From the NCBI GenBank assembly GCA_043228905.1, contig JBHGNT010000007.1, positions 20,460,001 through 20,524,000 on the forward strand: a DNA stretch of 64,000 bases. The letters run 5' to 3'. Source of the DNA: Azolla caroliniana. Its lineage: Eukaryota > Plantae > Polypodiophyta. Shown here one piece after another: positions 1 through 12,900 of the stretch (position 1 is the stretch's first letter; each line of letters begins with the position of its first letter). Below the pieces are notes generated by a model. It did not search any database. It was not told the origin of the DNA and saw only the letters and a program-made list of their open reading frames with translations. The position numbers and the translations under genes are program-made.

Positions 1-445
1 GCCGCCACATTTACCTAGCCATTATGTACACATCTATAATGGTTTCATGTGCATGCATGTGTTATAATATATTGATTGATATCTATGGCTAGATTTGATG
101 TTCAAGGGGGGGACAAGGGGAACTTAAGGCTAAGCTCAAGTATTTATCATTATTGTCCAAACTAAGGGACATTGTTGTCCTAAACCCTACATCCCAAGGC
201 TGATTTAGGCCCATTTACAAGCCCAATTTGGAATCGACTTCAAGAACTTTGGATTTTGACCTGAAGCTAAATTTTTTTAACATTTTGAAACATCGGAACC
301 CATCTTCCAGTTAGTGGCAATTTTTGTCAGCACTCCACTTTGGTTTCTTTGGAGGCAAACCTTCAACTTCGACGTTTCTTCTACACAATTGGGAAAATCA
401 TTTCACAACTATGTTTTTATGCCTAAAATTCCTAGTTAGCCCATT

Positions 446-506
446 GTAGGACTGGCTTAATGGTAAAGTGTTGACCACTCAAAGCATGGGTTCAACTCCC
501 CTCTAC
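446..506 (+). other. tRNA-like Pol III cassette remnant (A box + B box) in repeat-derived DNA; not a functional tRNA
   Basis: A-box-like TGGCTTAATGG at 453-463, B-box-like GGTTCAACTCC at 489-499, weak GTAG/CTAC closing stem; anticodon arm too short. Confidence 0.5.
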
Positions 507-3099
507 TAGATATTTAATCATAACTCCAAATTTTCCTTAGAAGGGGAAAAATGGAGTTTTTTCGTTGGTTTTTGCTTGTGTGACCAATGTGGTTCCTCAA
601 TCACTTAAATTCTCACTTGAACTTCACAATTCTTCTTGAAAAGAATTGTTTTTAACTCTTTGCAAGTGGTTACAAGTTCCCGGATTTTCAATAGGTTTTC
701 AGGAACATGAATCAATTTATAAGAGATTATAGAGTATTTGAACCCTTTTATATAGTGTGAGAAGATATTCGGATAAGAATGAGTTTTGGGGGGGATATTC
801 ATAAATGGGATTCTCCACAATTTCTTATGTCGGCTCCAATATGCCCCTTGGTCTCTTAAATCTTCGCCAAAAAAGAGATAGGTTACATGAGTCAAGTAAA
901 TTCACCATGAATCACTTAAAGCTACATCGAATAGAAGATAGATAGTTTATATGAATCAAGTCAATTAAAAAAAGATCACTTATATTAAATACTTACCTTA
1001 ATTATATAATCTCATGAATTACAATATGTATTCAAGGAATTGAATCAAAATTACACAAGATTTATAATATTTGAACCCTTATACATAGCATGAGAAGATA
1101 TTAGGATAAGGAAGAGGTAGAGGGGATATCCTAAATTTCACATGGTGAGTTCATGATTGATCACAATTTCATCTTGGTTGTAGTAGGCCTCCCATGCACT
1201 CTTGTGATTCGTGACCCCATGATAATTAGTTCATCAATCAAAGCTTGAACCTCATGATTTTGGGACAAATGTTTGTGGCCTTATCATCTTTTGCATCGTA
1301 GCTCCATTTGTTTCTCCCCCGCCCCATGACCACCTTTAGGTAGTTTTGAACCCTTTACATCAGCATATCTTTACATTTTTCTTTTGATTTCCACTTTCAA
1401 CCAAAAAGCTTTTGTACACATATTTTTCCCATGCTTTCCTCCCTTCAGGCACACCATGTCATGACATTGCCATGAGAATTGTGACCCGTTGAGTGTGAAC
1501 ATAATCCATAGATGGTTCTCCAAGAGAAAGAATTTCACAAACATTTTGGCCCATGCTACTAAAGTGTTTAACATACCATACTATACTTGGGTTTTTCCAA
1601 AGATTCACTAGGCTCATTATCTTCGCAAAGGCTGTGGAGAGCATCTTAGTGATTGTGAGGCCCCTTCCTTGCATCAAAAATGAATGCAATAACATCAATT
1701 TTGAGAAAAATGGATATATATCGAAGCTTCATCCTCCTCTCCCTTTGATATATTTGAGAGTTCTTGCGTCTATGTAAATAGCAAATAAGGTTATTCATCC
1801 TTGCTTCATTCAAATGGAGCTCCATATAATATTTGACATAACTAGTGGTGCCCCATATTGTCTCCATAACAATATCATATAAGGAATATATTGTCCACCT
1901 TATTTTCTCTGGCAATCCAATAACATAATTATTAAACTAGGCTCAAGTTTAGGTAGTGGGTGGATTTCACTTCCCTAATAGAAGAGAGAAAGAGAGAGAG
2001 AGTTTTATTTCTAAACCAAGCTCAAATTTAAGAACTATATGGATTTCAAGTGATGTTAAATGTCAATTCCTCATTAGAATATCTTCTTTTGCTTTCGTTT
2101 TCTTCCTGAAGCAACTATCATCTAGAATTTACGATCTTTTAAGCCCGGGAAACCCCCGTTTAATACAATTAGTAAATGCAAGGGAACATATATGTCATGT
2201 CTCCATACACAATCATATATTCCCAAGGACATCAATTTTAAGGCTAGGTACAAAGAGAATTTCCCATCTTCATTATTTAGTACAATAGTCTCTAAGCATT
2301 GAATAGGTTCCTTGTTAAGTGCCCATGCTCAAGAGTCAAGCGTAAGGCAAACTATTGACATTTAATGTTAGCTTGGGCTAATTCATGTATGACCACCTTT
2401 GTAGGAGAATTAAAGATATGATTAGGATGTTGAGGAGGATTAGTACATATGTAGTTAGTAACTACTTTTTATATATATAGTTCCTAAGTACTTCATAGTA
2501 TGTAACCTAGGAAATTCTAGCCAAGTAATAAAGGAGGATTGGTGCTTTGTTATATATTATATAGTCTTGTGAGAGTGATGTGTACATAATATGTAGCCTA
2601 AGAGAATTTCTTGGCAAATAATGTAATATAAGGAGAATTAGTGTTTTATTATATATTATATTGACTTGTGAAAGTGATTGATACACTCGTGGAGGAATTC
2701 CAATCTACGAAGTTCCATTCGTATGTGTTTGAGAGAGATAAATTGTTATATATTTAACTTCCATGGGAGACCGATTGCGATTTATGAGATCATGCCTAGC
2801 CCATGACGAGGATGGAACGAGGAGGATGGACCTTGGGTTCTCTCAGTTTATGATTTTGATGTCGTAGTGTGAACCTCCAAGCCAATGGCTAGAGAGACAG
2901 GAAGAGAAATGCATGCACACACCAAGGCAAGTAGATTAGTAAGGTTTGGTTGTCAATCGAACATAGGCATTGACCATCCACCATCACTAAACAAACATAA
3001 AAAAAGGTAGGGTGGAAATCGAAGAGAAATCTAAATAACAAACACAAGAAAAAGATTCCAAGGTAAGTGATCGAATATTTGTGATAAGTAAAAAAGAGT

Positions 3100-5600
3100 A
3101 TTAACAAATTTTGTAGATAGTGTTTTTTTTAAGAGGAAGATAATTCATAGAAATATTGCACTGTGGCTAAACGACGAAAGCCACACTATAATTGTTTATG
3201 CGCGTATTATAATTAACATAGTTTGAGGAATTTTGTAGAATGGTGAGATAGACACCAAGCAATATGGATCTTCAAGAGATCTAGAGAACAAACAAATACG
3301 AGAATCAGTTAAAGAAATAATAGAACATTTATGACAAGTCCTCGTGGAGTTCAGAGCACATACAAAATTTACTTGTATGTACTTTATGAACTTGATCATA
3401 AAGTTCTCCCATGGAAATTCGATCTACTAAATACTTCATCATTATTAGGTCTTGATAAAACTCCACTTTGTCTACTTGGATTTGAATGTGTGGAATTCGA
3501 GAGAATATATGGTGCATATGCTTGTCCTTGGAATCCATTCGACTTACCCTCGGTGCACTTTCACTCATGATAAAAGTCAAGTTTTTGTTATGAACAAAAT
3601 CAAACTATGAGATAATTATTACATGTGGTGTTAAATATTCACAGAGGATAACGTTCCAAATGTACAAACATGGGGAGAATATGAACAATACTAAATTGAG
3701 AGAGGGAAAGACAAACAAAACACAAACTAATGGACTGAAATTCACTTTACATTTCTGTGATCCTATTGGAACTCACATTTAGAAGGTAAAAAGTTTGTCA
3801 TGTTAGAATAACTACACGACATGAAGTCATGTTTATAGATCCCCCCAGGCATAGAATGATATTGTCCATCATAACGCGATATTGTTCCATTTCCATGCGC
3901 AGAAAAAATGTCTTGTGGCAGTTCTCCATAATTTGAAACCTTTGAAATCATCTTATGCTTGACTTTCTGGCACATTTCATATAGTACAATTGATGCATGT
4001 GACTCGGAAAATTTTCTTCCTCGTTCTCATAATGTAACTTAAACATTACCATCCCTCTTTATAGCTATGTTCATTTTCCCTTAGTGAGATTGGCAATCAT
4101 ACTTGCTTGGTCTATAGACATATTAGAACCTTACCCCTTTGTCCATGTTATGGGCAAACTTGTTCTGAGTCATACATCCATTAGAATTCAATCACACGAT
4201 TTGTCTTGTAACTAGTGATATTCTATCATAAACATATCACACATCGATTCTTGTAAAAGACTTATCTTTCATGTTAGAAATATGATGCCAATTATTTATT
4301 GCATCTACAAATGACATTGATACTATTTGTATCTCCAAAATCCTAGCGATGCTAAATTAAATAAAATGATTCATTTTGACTTACTAATTGTATGTTATTG
4401 CACAGACAAGTTAACGTAGCTCTTCGTGGACTCCAAATGCCAAGTCGACATATAAGACAAATGCTTTTTATTGTGTAGATTAGACGAGTAAATCTAGAGT
4501 TGTATCATAAGTTAAGTTAGGTTATCTTTGAAAGATTAAACTTGCTTGCTCGGTTTTCAATGCTTTGTAGTTATCTAACATATACATGTGCAAATATATA
4601 ATTGTTTACATCGATTCACATATGCATATACATATCATTTTCAATTATTACCTTATGTTACACATGGGAAGCCTTGTGCATACATATGTGCATTTGTATA
4701 CATTTTATTATGATGGATTAACTATTTTTTGCTCAAAAGTCCTTGAGAAATGTGCACGATAATCTATCGTTACTCATTTGACCTATATATGACTAGGAGA
4801 AAAAAATTGCATATATGATGTTTGGGTTTTGGTGCATAGAGTTGTTATGCTTGTATCAAAAGAATCATGTGTTCTTGTATCGAAACAATCATTTGTGCTT
4901 GAATTGAGACAATAGTTTTTGCTTGGAATACAATGTTATCTTCGGGGAACGTAATGTTAAAGACAAGGATGCTCGCTTTAATAATGAACTATTAATAAGA
5001 ACTTACATGTTTCATAGTGTCTTCATAATGAACTCCACATCATTAACTCCCCCTTAGAAGTGTGCTTCCTTTAACTAAAAAAAGTAAAGAACTACCAATG
5101 CTACTTATGGAGTAATACTTGAGGCATTGTGCTTTCTGTCTTACAACTTTGAATGTGCCAAGCACTAAATCAACAAGTTATTGTCCTAAAATTAAATCCT
5201 CGATGAGTTCTAAAAGTTTATCTTGTGCTTGAGAATTTTCCTATGGGCAAAAAATAAGAATGATAGATATATAAGAATTTTCGTTAAAAAAGTGTTTGAA
5301 CTTGTGCCATATTTGTCAGAGGTCATGAATGAGATCATCAATAAGACATTATATATAATGAATCCATCGTATTCTTTGTGATCCTTTTAAGGTTGGATTC
5401 ACATAGCTAGAGATAGTTGTTATTTTTCGCCTTATTGGAGTGAAAGTCACCTATCAGGACCGTAATTTTTGTTCCACATCCATTGATATGAAAATGAAGG
5501 CACATAATCTTCCTCTCTTGTGTGTCTTAAAAAAATGTATTTCAAACATCAAAACTAAAAGGCAATGCTTGAAATTAAGAATACCTACAAAGTTTCGTGC
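3100..5600 (-). mobile_element. Highly decayed Ty3/Gypsy-like pol (integrase) remnant
   Basis: ORF 3763-3975(-) EMCQKVK...GELPQ...SCSYSNMTNFLPSK resembles the Gypsy integrase CxxCQxxK..GLLQPL..VVDRFSKMAHFIP segment. Many stops; boundaries approximate. Confidence 0.35.
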
Positions 5601-8049
5601 CTAATGGTACCTTCTGGGTACAAAACAAACAAGAATTCTTTGAGACTTATCACCACCATGTGAAAAGAGCTTTAATGATCAAGCCTAATGATTGGAGCAA
5701 CTGTCAACTTCTTTTCTATGTGTCTTTTTTTAGTGTAGCAGGGATTTAACTTGGAGCATAAAAATGCAACAATTTATATTTACATTTATAAATAATAAGA
5801 CTGAAACGTTACCCTTGAGAAAACTAATCAAATGTCGGCAAAATTTCCAGCAATGAAAAAAAGTCAACATATCTTTGCCAAAGTTTTTTTTGTCTAAAAT
5901 GCACGTGATATATCAACTCGATATTGTCCTGATAAGGTAACATTTAATGAACCACTCACTAAGTGGGGGCATGAGTCTTGTTTCTCTTAACATATATCCA
6001 ATTTGGTTTATAATATCTTCCTTTCTCGATCATCTCCTAATCTACAAAGTGAGGATGTTTTCAATTTCTTTTGGTTTGTTGTGATATAATTGAAATGGTT
6101 AAACACATCCGTGCACCATAAGCCTTCTAAACAGAAATTTTGTAACCTTTTCCAGCCATTGGAATAGATCTTGCCTATTAAATGCATTGATCGACATGGT
6201 TCCATCCATGGCCATACAGATCCGTCACACTATCATGCAATACCATTTTCCATATGTCTATTGATATGTAATGAAATCATATACATTTATTGTCAATGCA
6301 TTCATATGCCTCATTATAGCCTTCACAAGGATAGAGTTATAAGTTGGTACAAAAGAGTTATCACAAATTTGATCTTCTTCTCAAGCTTAATCGCTTCAAT
6401 AACACATCTCTACTAAAGCTTCACGCTCATTAATTATAGGTCACCTTCCATAGTATCAATATGAAGTGATGGAGAATCGTGATCACCTTCCATAGTAGCT
6501 TGAAATGAGAGGCTTAATGGAACTAGGAAAATCAATCACAAACTTCTTTTCAACATTGCAAGGTATTCAAATCTTATGGATGAATGGATATAGTCAATTG
6601 ATGGAGTGATTCAAGATTGTGAATATCAAGTAAGAACAATAATTGCTCATTGTGTAGGGATCCATACATTAGAATGTGTACCAAAGTTTAAGTGTCAACA
6701 TGTTCTACACATCCAAGTTTGGATTTTTTGTATTTAAGACAAGATTGTGCATTATAATCCTCCTAATTGAGGCAATTTCACATAGCCAAGGACAAGGTGA
6801 TTAAGCACAAGTACATTGAATGAATGTGTGATCATTATTGCCAATCGTTGAGCAAAGGTGTTGCAAAAATTCCACCCATATCAAGTGTGGACGAAGTGTG
6901 ATAAAAGTCAATCCTAACAAGTAGAAGAATGCTTGAATTCAATGTTGTGAGCATGCATGGCAAAGTGGGGGAAGGGGTGTTGCTTGCATCTTATGTATCC
7001 ATCACTTCTTGGCCTTACCCATTGCGGAAAAGCATAACCAAATCTTTCAATTAGTTTTGTAATTGATCGCTTTTCCAACATGGACCCTATGGGGTCCTCT
7101 CAATAGTTGGCTTCTTGCCAATGATAGGAAAGCATGAGTCAGAGTGCACATAAGGGTGAAATATGAAAATCCTCAAGTCAAGGAAGTATGAAGTTAACCA
7201 AAGAAAATGCAAATACAATGAGAATGAGAACAAGACACATCAAAGAGGTTATGTTGCATCTTACATCTTCATGCGAGAAGTAAAGGTATGCCACATGATG
7301 AAAGTAGGCTCATGCTCAAAATGCTGAAGCATTGCTTGAAATTTGTTACGACATGCATCAAAAGAGACTTAATACATGATCACCAGCTAAAGGGTGAGCA
7401 TAACTTTTACCAACCACTAAAGTTGAGCATTGTCACACAATAGACAAGAAAACAAAATCATTGACTATGCATCAATACGGGCATTCATTACAACGTTTGA
7501 AGTCTTGGTGAATCGCACATAGTAGTAGAAGCATCGAGCCTCAATGAAGTTTTTCCGCGTTCCAAAGGTGTGATGAAAGTTATAGGCCAAAGGTGTTGTT
7601 GCATTGGTGAGTATGAAGAAGGGAACCTGGGGTGAGGCACGAGCATTAGAGTTGCATCGATTCCATCGAAATTGTCAACACTGGCCCATGCAATTAGTTA
7701 GCAAGCGGCACATGTGTGGTGGCATATGTATATAGATAGATATGTGCATACCAACGCATTTGATTGGGGAATCATCATCACAACGAAAGCGTCGATCGAG
7801 TGTGAACTCTATATCTATCTATCTATATGGATGGCAAAGGTAGACTGTAAGGTTGCAAGTGCATATGCTATTGCGCACACAAATCGGGCACAGAAGATGC
7901 GTGGATTGATCGAGGTCAACTTACGAGGTTGATAGGGGATAGGAGTTCAGGGGGAGGATACAAGTACAATCCACATACAATAAGGGGTGTGATGAGTGGG
8001 GGTGGGTGCACGAGCAGACGGGGAATGGGATGGCCGGGTCGATCAAGCC

Positions 8050-8740
<691 letters not shown>

Positions 8741-9124
8741 CCTCTGTCTGTCTGTCTGTCTGTCTGTGTAAACGTCATCTCTTTCTTCATCCTCATCACC
8801 GCCATCATCACCATCACCATAATCTCTCTCTCTCTCTCTCTCTCTCCTCTTTCTTTCTAGAATAATCATCTTCCCCTGCTCCGGACTCCCCTCCTTTCTT
8901 CTTCCGATTCTTCTTCTGCTCATGGCATGGCTATGAATTCGTTACCTGTTTAGGGTTTCCAATTCTCTAATGAGAGAGATCGTACAGCATCCCCCCTCCC
9001 TCCCACAGATCGACCCAACAGGGATTCTTTTCATATTTAGAATCTCTCTCATCTCTGTCTGTCTCATCTCTGTCTGTCTGTCTGTCTGTGATAAGTGCAA
9101 GTTTGTGCAGAAACTTTCTTCCAG

Positions 9125-9163
<39 letters not shown>

Positions 9164-9165
9164 GC
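8741..9165 (+). promoter_or_regulatory. Probable core promoter/5' UTR region with (CT)n tracts and a telo-box
   Basis: (TCTG)n and (CT)n tracts at 8823-8846 and 9129-9161; TTTAGGGTTT (reverse telo-box AAACCCTAAA) at 8949-8958; lies about 0.6-1 kb upstream of the ATG. Confidence 0.5.
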
Positions 9166-9724
9166 GTGTTGATTCTCATTGAATAGCTCCGCTTCTTGCC
9201 TCGGCCTTTCCCTTCTCTGATAATTCTCAGCTTCTTGCCCGAAAGGTTTCGATTCTCTTCAATTCCATTCCATTCCATTCGATTTGGTTTCTCGGAAATA
9301 CTCAGATTCAATTTCGAGACCCGGAAGATTCTTTTTTGGGTGTTTGCATTCGGTTCATCACCAAGGGGCTCATGCGGTGTTTTTGGTTCACCATTCGGGG
9401 CTCTGTCTGATTCGATTTCAACTCAATTCAGTTCATCGGAAATTCTCATCCTACTTTCTTTTTGGTTCAAGCTCTCTCAGAAGGATACTGGTTCGGTCTG
9501 GCTCTTTGCGAGGTTTCTGGGAGAAACTCATATTTTTGGTTAATTTTCTGGAGCAGGCATAGATTCTCAGTTCTATTGAATCCAATTCAGGTCAATTGGA
9601 AGACTTAATTTCGATCCGATTGGGTTTGGTGGGTTGGGTTCGATTTCTTCTCATTGGAATAATTATACAATCTCAGGCTATATCTGCAATCGAAGAGAAT
9701 CAGGGGGTTAATTCATTATTGAAA

Positions 9725-9890
9725 ATGGAATCTTCGATTCAAATTTCGGGGTTGGAATCTTCTGGAGATCCTAACAATGCAGGCACCACTTCTGCTTCAG
9801 GAAAAGAATATCTTAAATCATTGCCGCCGTCCCAGGAAGAATCTCCGCTCTCTCTGTCCCAGAAAGAATCTCCAGAATCTGTGTCACAGG

Positions 9891-9921
<31 letters not shown>

Positions 9922-12900
9922 GCAGGATGCCTTGATAAAGAGAATTGCAGAGCTTGAGGCAGACCATGCGCTCCTTCGGGCTCAGATTGCCAAGCTTCTG
10001 AACCCTGCTCAGACTGAGTATAAATCCTATCCCACTTACTCGAAGAATTCAGCTCTCAACAAAGTCCATTGGATACCTCCAAATGTCAAGAAGAGCACTA
10101 ATGATACATGGAATAGGGAAACTTCACAAAGAATTACTTCTTTGCTTCCTCTTATTGGCCATAACTCGCAAGAAGTCCTGACCTATAGTGAACAGTCGGT
10201 CCCCATCTCAAAGAACATCTCGGAAAAACATCTCCTCCAATCTATTGGTCAAGCTGTCTATATCTTTACTCTTAGTGCTGAGGTGATATACTGGTAACAT
10301 GCCTTAGAGATCCTAGTTGTTTCTTCGTTTTCTTTTAATCCACTGTATTTTTACTGTTTTGCCAAACAGAACAAAAGAAAACATGTTCAATATTTCCACC
10401 CCCTTAATGTAGTGATCTTAGAAATTGTGCTGCTTTTTTAAGCCACGGCAATGCATAAGGATTTTCTGTTTTCCTTTTAGGAACCGGAATGCTGAGTTGC
10501 TCTTCGGTTACTCGCAATCAGAAGCTCTTGGGAGGAGTATATTTGAACTTGTTGTTCGGAAGGAGCATTTTAATGCTGGATATAAGATTATATCTAACTT
10601 GGTGAGGACTGGGGAGCAATGGAATGGTCAATTCCCGCTCTTGAAGAAATCGGGTGAGCTTTTCCTTGGTCTTGTTACCAACACACTCATATATGATGAC
10701 AATGGAGAAATGGTGGGGGTTGTTGGAGTGAGCCATGATGCTCGGCTATTTTCGAGCAGTGTTGGTGTTGGACGCTGTCTACACCCATTCACGATCAAGC
10801 ATAAGCAACACCAACAGGCCCAGGGAATGTCGGGAATGATGATCGGGTCTTCTTTATCGAACATGGTAGATACATCTTCTTGAATTCTATGCTATGTGAT
10901 AGATTGCTATGATGTTTAACTGTTAATGATTTGTGGTCTCTTATCCATATAACTTTGATATTGCTTGGTGTATCTTTGAAATTACCCATTAAGGGTTAGA
11001 TTGATATTATGGCCGACTTTAGTTCTGGCTCTTTGTCTTCCTATAGATTCCGAATCCAAATTATGTGATATTGTGATTAATTTAGCTAATGACGAGTCTC
11101 TTTCCGTAAAAAGTCCAAAGTATGTGATGTTATGGTAAAATGGCTATTGGATTTCCGAGCAATATGATATTATTGATTAATATAGTTAAGCATTCTCCAA
11201 ATTTAGTGATATTATGGTTACTTTAGTTAATGGAATGATTTTCTCCTTTCTTAGATCCCAGACTAGGTGATATTATGGTTAATATAGTTAATGGTGGTTT
11301 GTCTCCCCCTTGGACTCTGAACGATGTTGTATTATGGTTAATAAAGTTGATGTTGTAATTTCTCCAAAATACATGATAATTTAGTTTAATGGTGTTGTAT
11401 TCTCTTATTGTGATGAAATTAATGGTGGTTTGACTATCCCCTGGAGGGAGTCTGAACAATGTTGTATTATGGCTAATAAAGTTAATGTTATACTTTCTCA
11501 GGCTTCCAAAATGCGTGATAATTCTAGTTCAATGGTGTTGTATTCTCTTATTACTGCTAAATTAGTGTCTCCTATGTTTCTGAAATTTGTGGTGGTTGTT
11601 TCCCCTAAGATTTCTAAATATCATTTAGTTTATGGTTGGTTTGTTTATTGTCTGTTTTTCTCAGAACTCTAGGCTGGCTTCCAACATTGCATCCCCCAAG
11701 CTTTCATCCCACTTCAAGCTGGACGAAGTACTTCTAAATCATCACAATATTGGGTGTGGAGTTTTGAAGAAGCATTTAAAGGCCAATGAGAACGAGAGAA
11801 CCCATATGTCTGCTGATAATCTAAATGCATTTTGGGGGGAAACATTCGTCCCACAGACAACAAAAAGATATAAAGTAGATGACGTTCGTCTTGAAGGTTA
11901 TTCTAGAAATGCTTTACTAAGCTCCAACCAAAAATCACACCTGAAAAAGGATGTACTTGTACGGCCTCAAGTGCATGCCACTGACATATACTTGAATGAA
12001 GATCTCATAGGAGGGCAAGAGTTAGAATGTGCAGAAATTAATAATATGAAAATCTTTCGAGGTCGCTCTTCGTGTTGTGAAAATGAGCCGGATTACGCAT
12101 GCAGTGATACCATATGTAAAATGGGAGATAACGCTGAGATGGATATGCGAGATTGTGAGATAGAATGGAAATCGTTGACAATTTGTGAGAAAATTGGTGA
12201 AGGTACATCAACTACATTTCTCACTACTTTGTTATTATATCCTTCTATCCAAACACTTCCTATTTTGACTTCTGTAGTTCTTTCTATGATGTAACGTTCT
12301 GATTCATATCTTTGTACTTCTTTGATCTGGACATTTCTTTATCCGTTCTTCTTTTCATTACTTTTGATTCACATGCCTAGGTTCTTGCGGTACAGTGTAT
12401 CACGGCTTCTGGGTTGGATCGGTAAGGCTTTTCTCTATGCTATTACATCTAAAATTCTGGAAAATATTTTCAATTTTATTTGTAAATCTGTAATATGTTG
12501 ATTACCAGTTCTTTGTACCTCTATTCCTGTATTCTGAACATCTGTTCCTGCTCTTTGACTAGGATGTTGCCATTAAGGTATTTTCACAACAAGAATACAC
12601 AGAGGAACACTTGCAGCATTTTAGAGAAGAGGTAATAATGACTTGGAGGAATATATATTTGTGGATTCCATAAGCTAGCTGTAGAATAATATTCATTAAG
12701 ATCAAGATTTTATAATAAATAACTTCTATCTTTCGATTTAAAGAAATAGGCTCATCCTTGAAATGCAAGGAGTGTTTGTCAGGATCCTTATTTTTTTAGC
12801 TATAATCTTTATGCTACAGGTATTTATCATGAAGAGGCTACGCCATCCTAATATCGTTCTTTTTATGGGAGCGGTTTTGTCTCCACAACACCTCTCGATA

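Noticed and set aside
1300-2400. Short ORFs as host genes
   Set aside because: No recognisable motifs or consistent splice structure; probably decayed repeat sequence.
9596-9724. N-terminal extension of the kinase from the ORF track
   Set aside because: It starts at TTG; the first in-frame ATG is at 9725, in a good context (AAAATGG).
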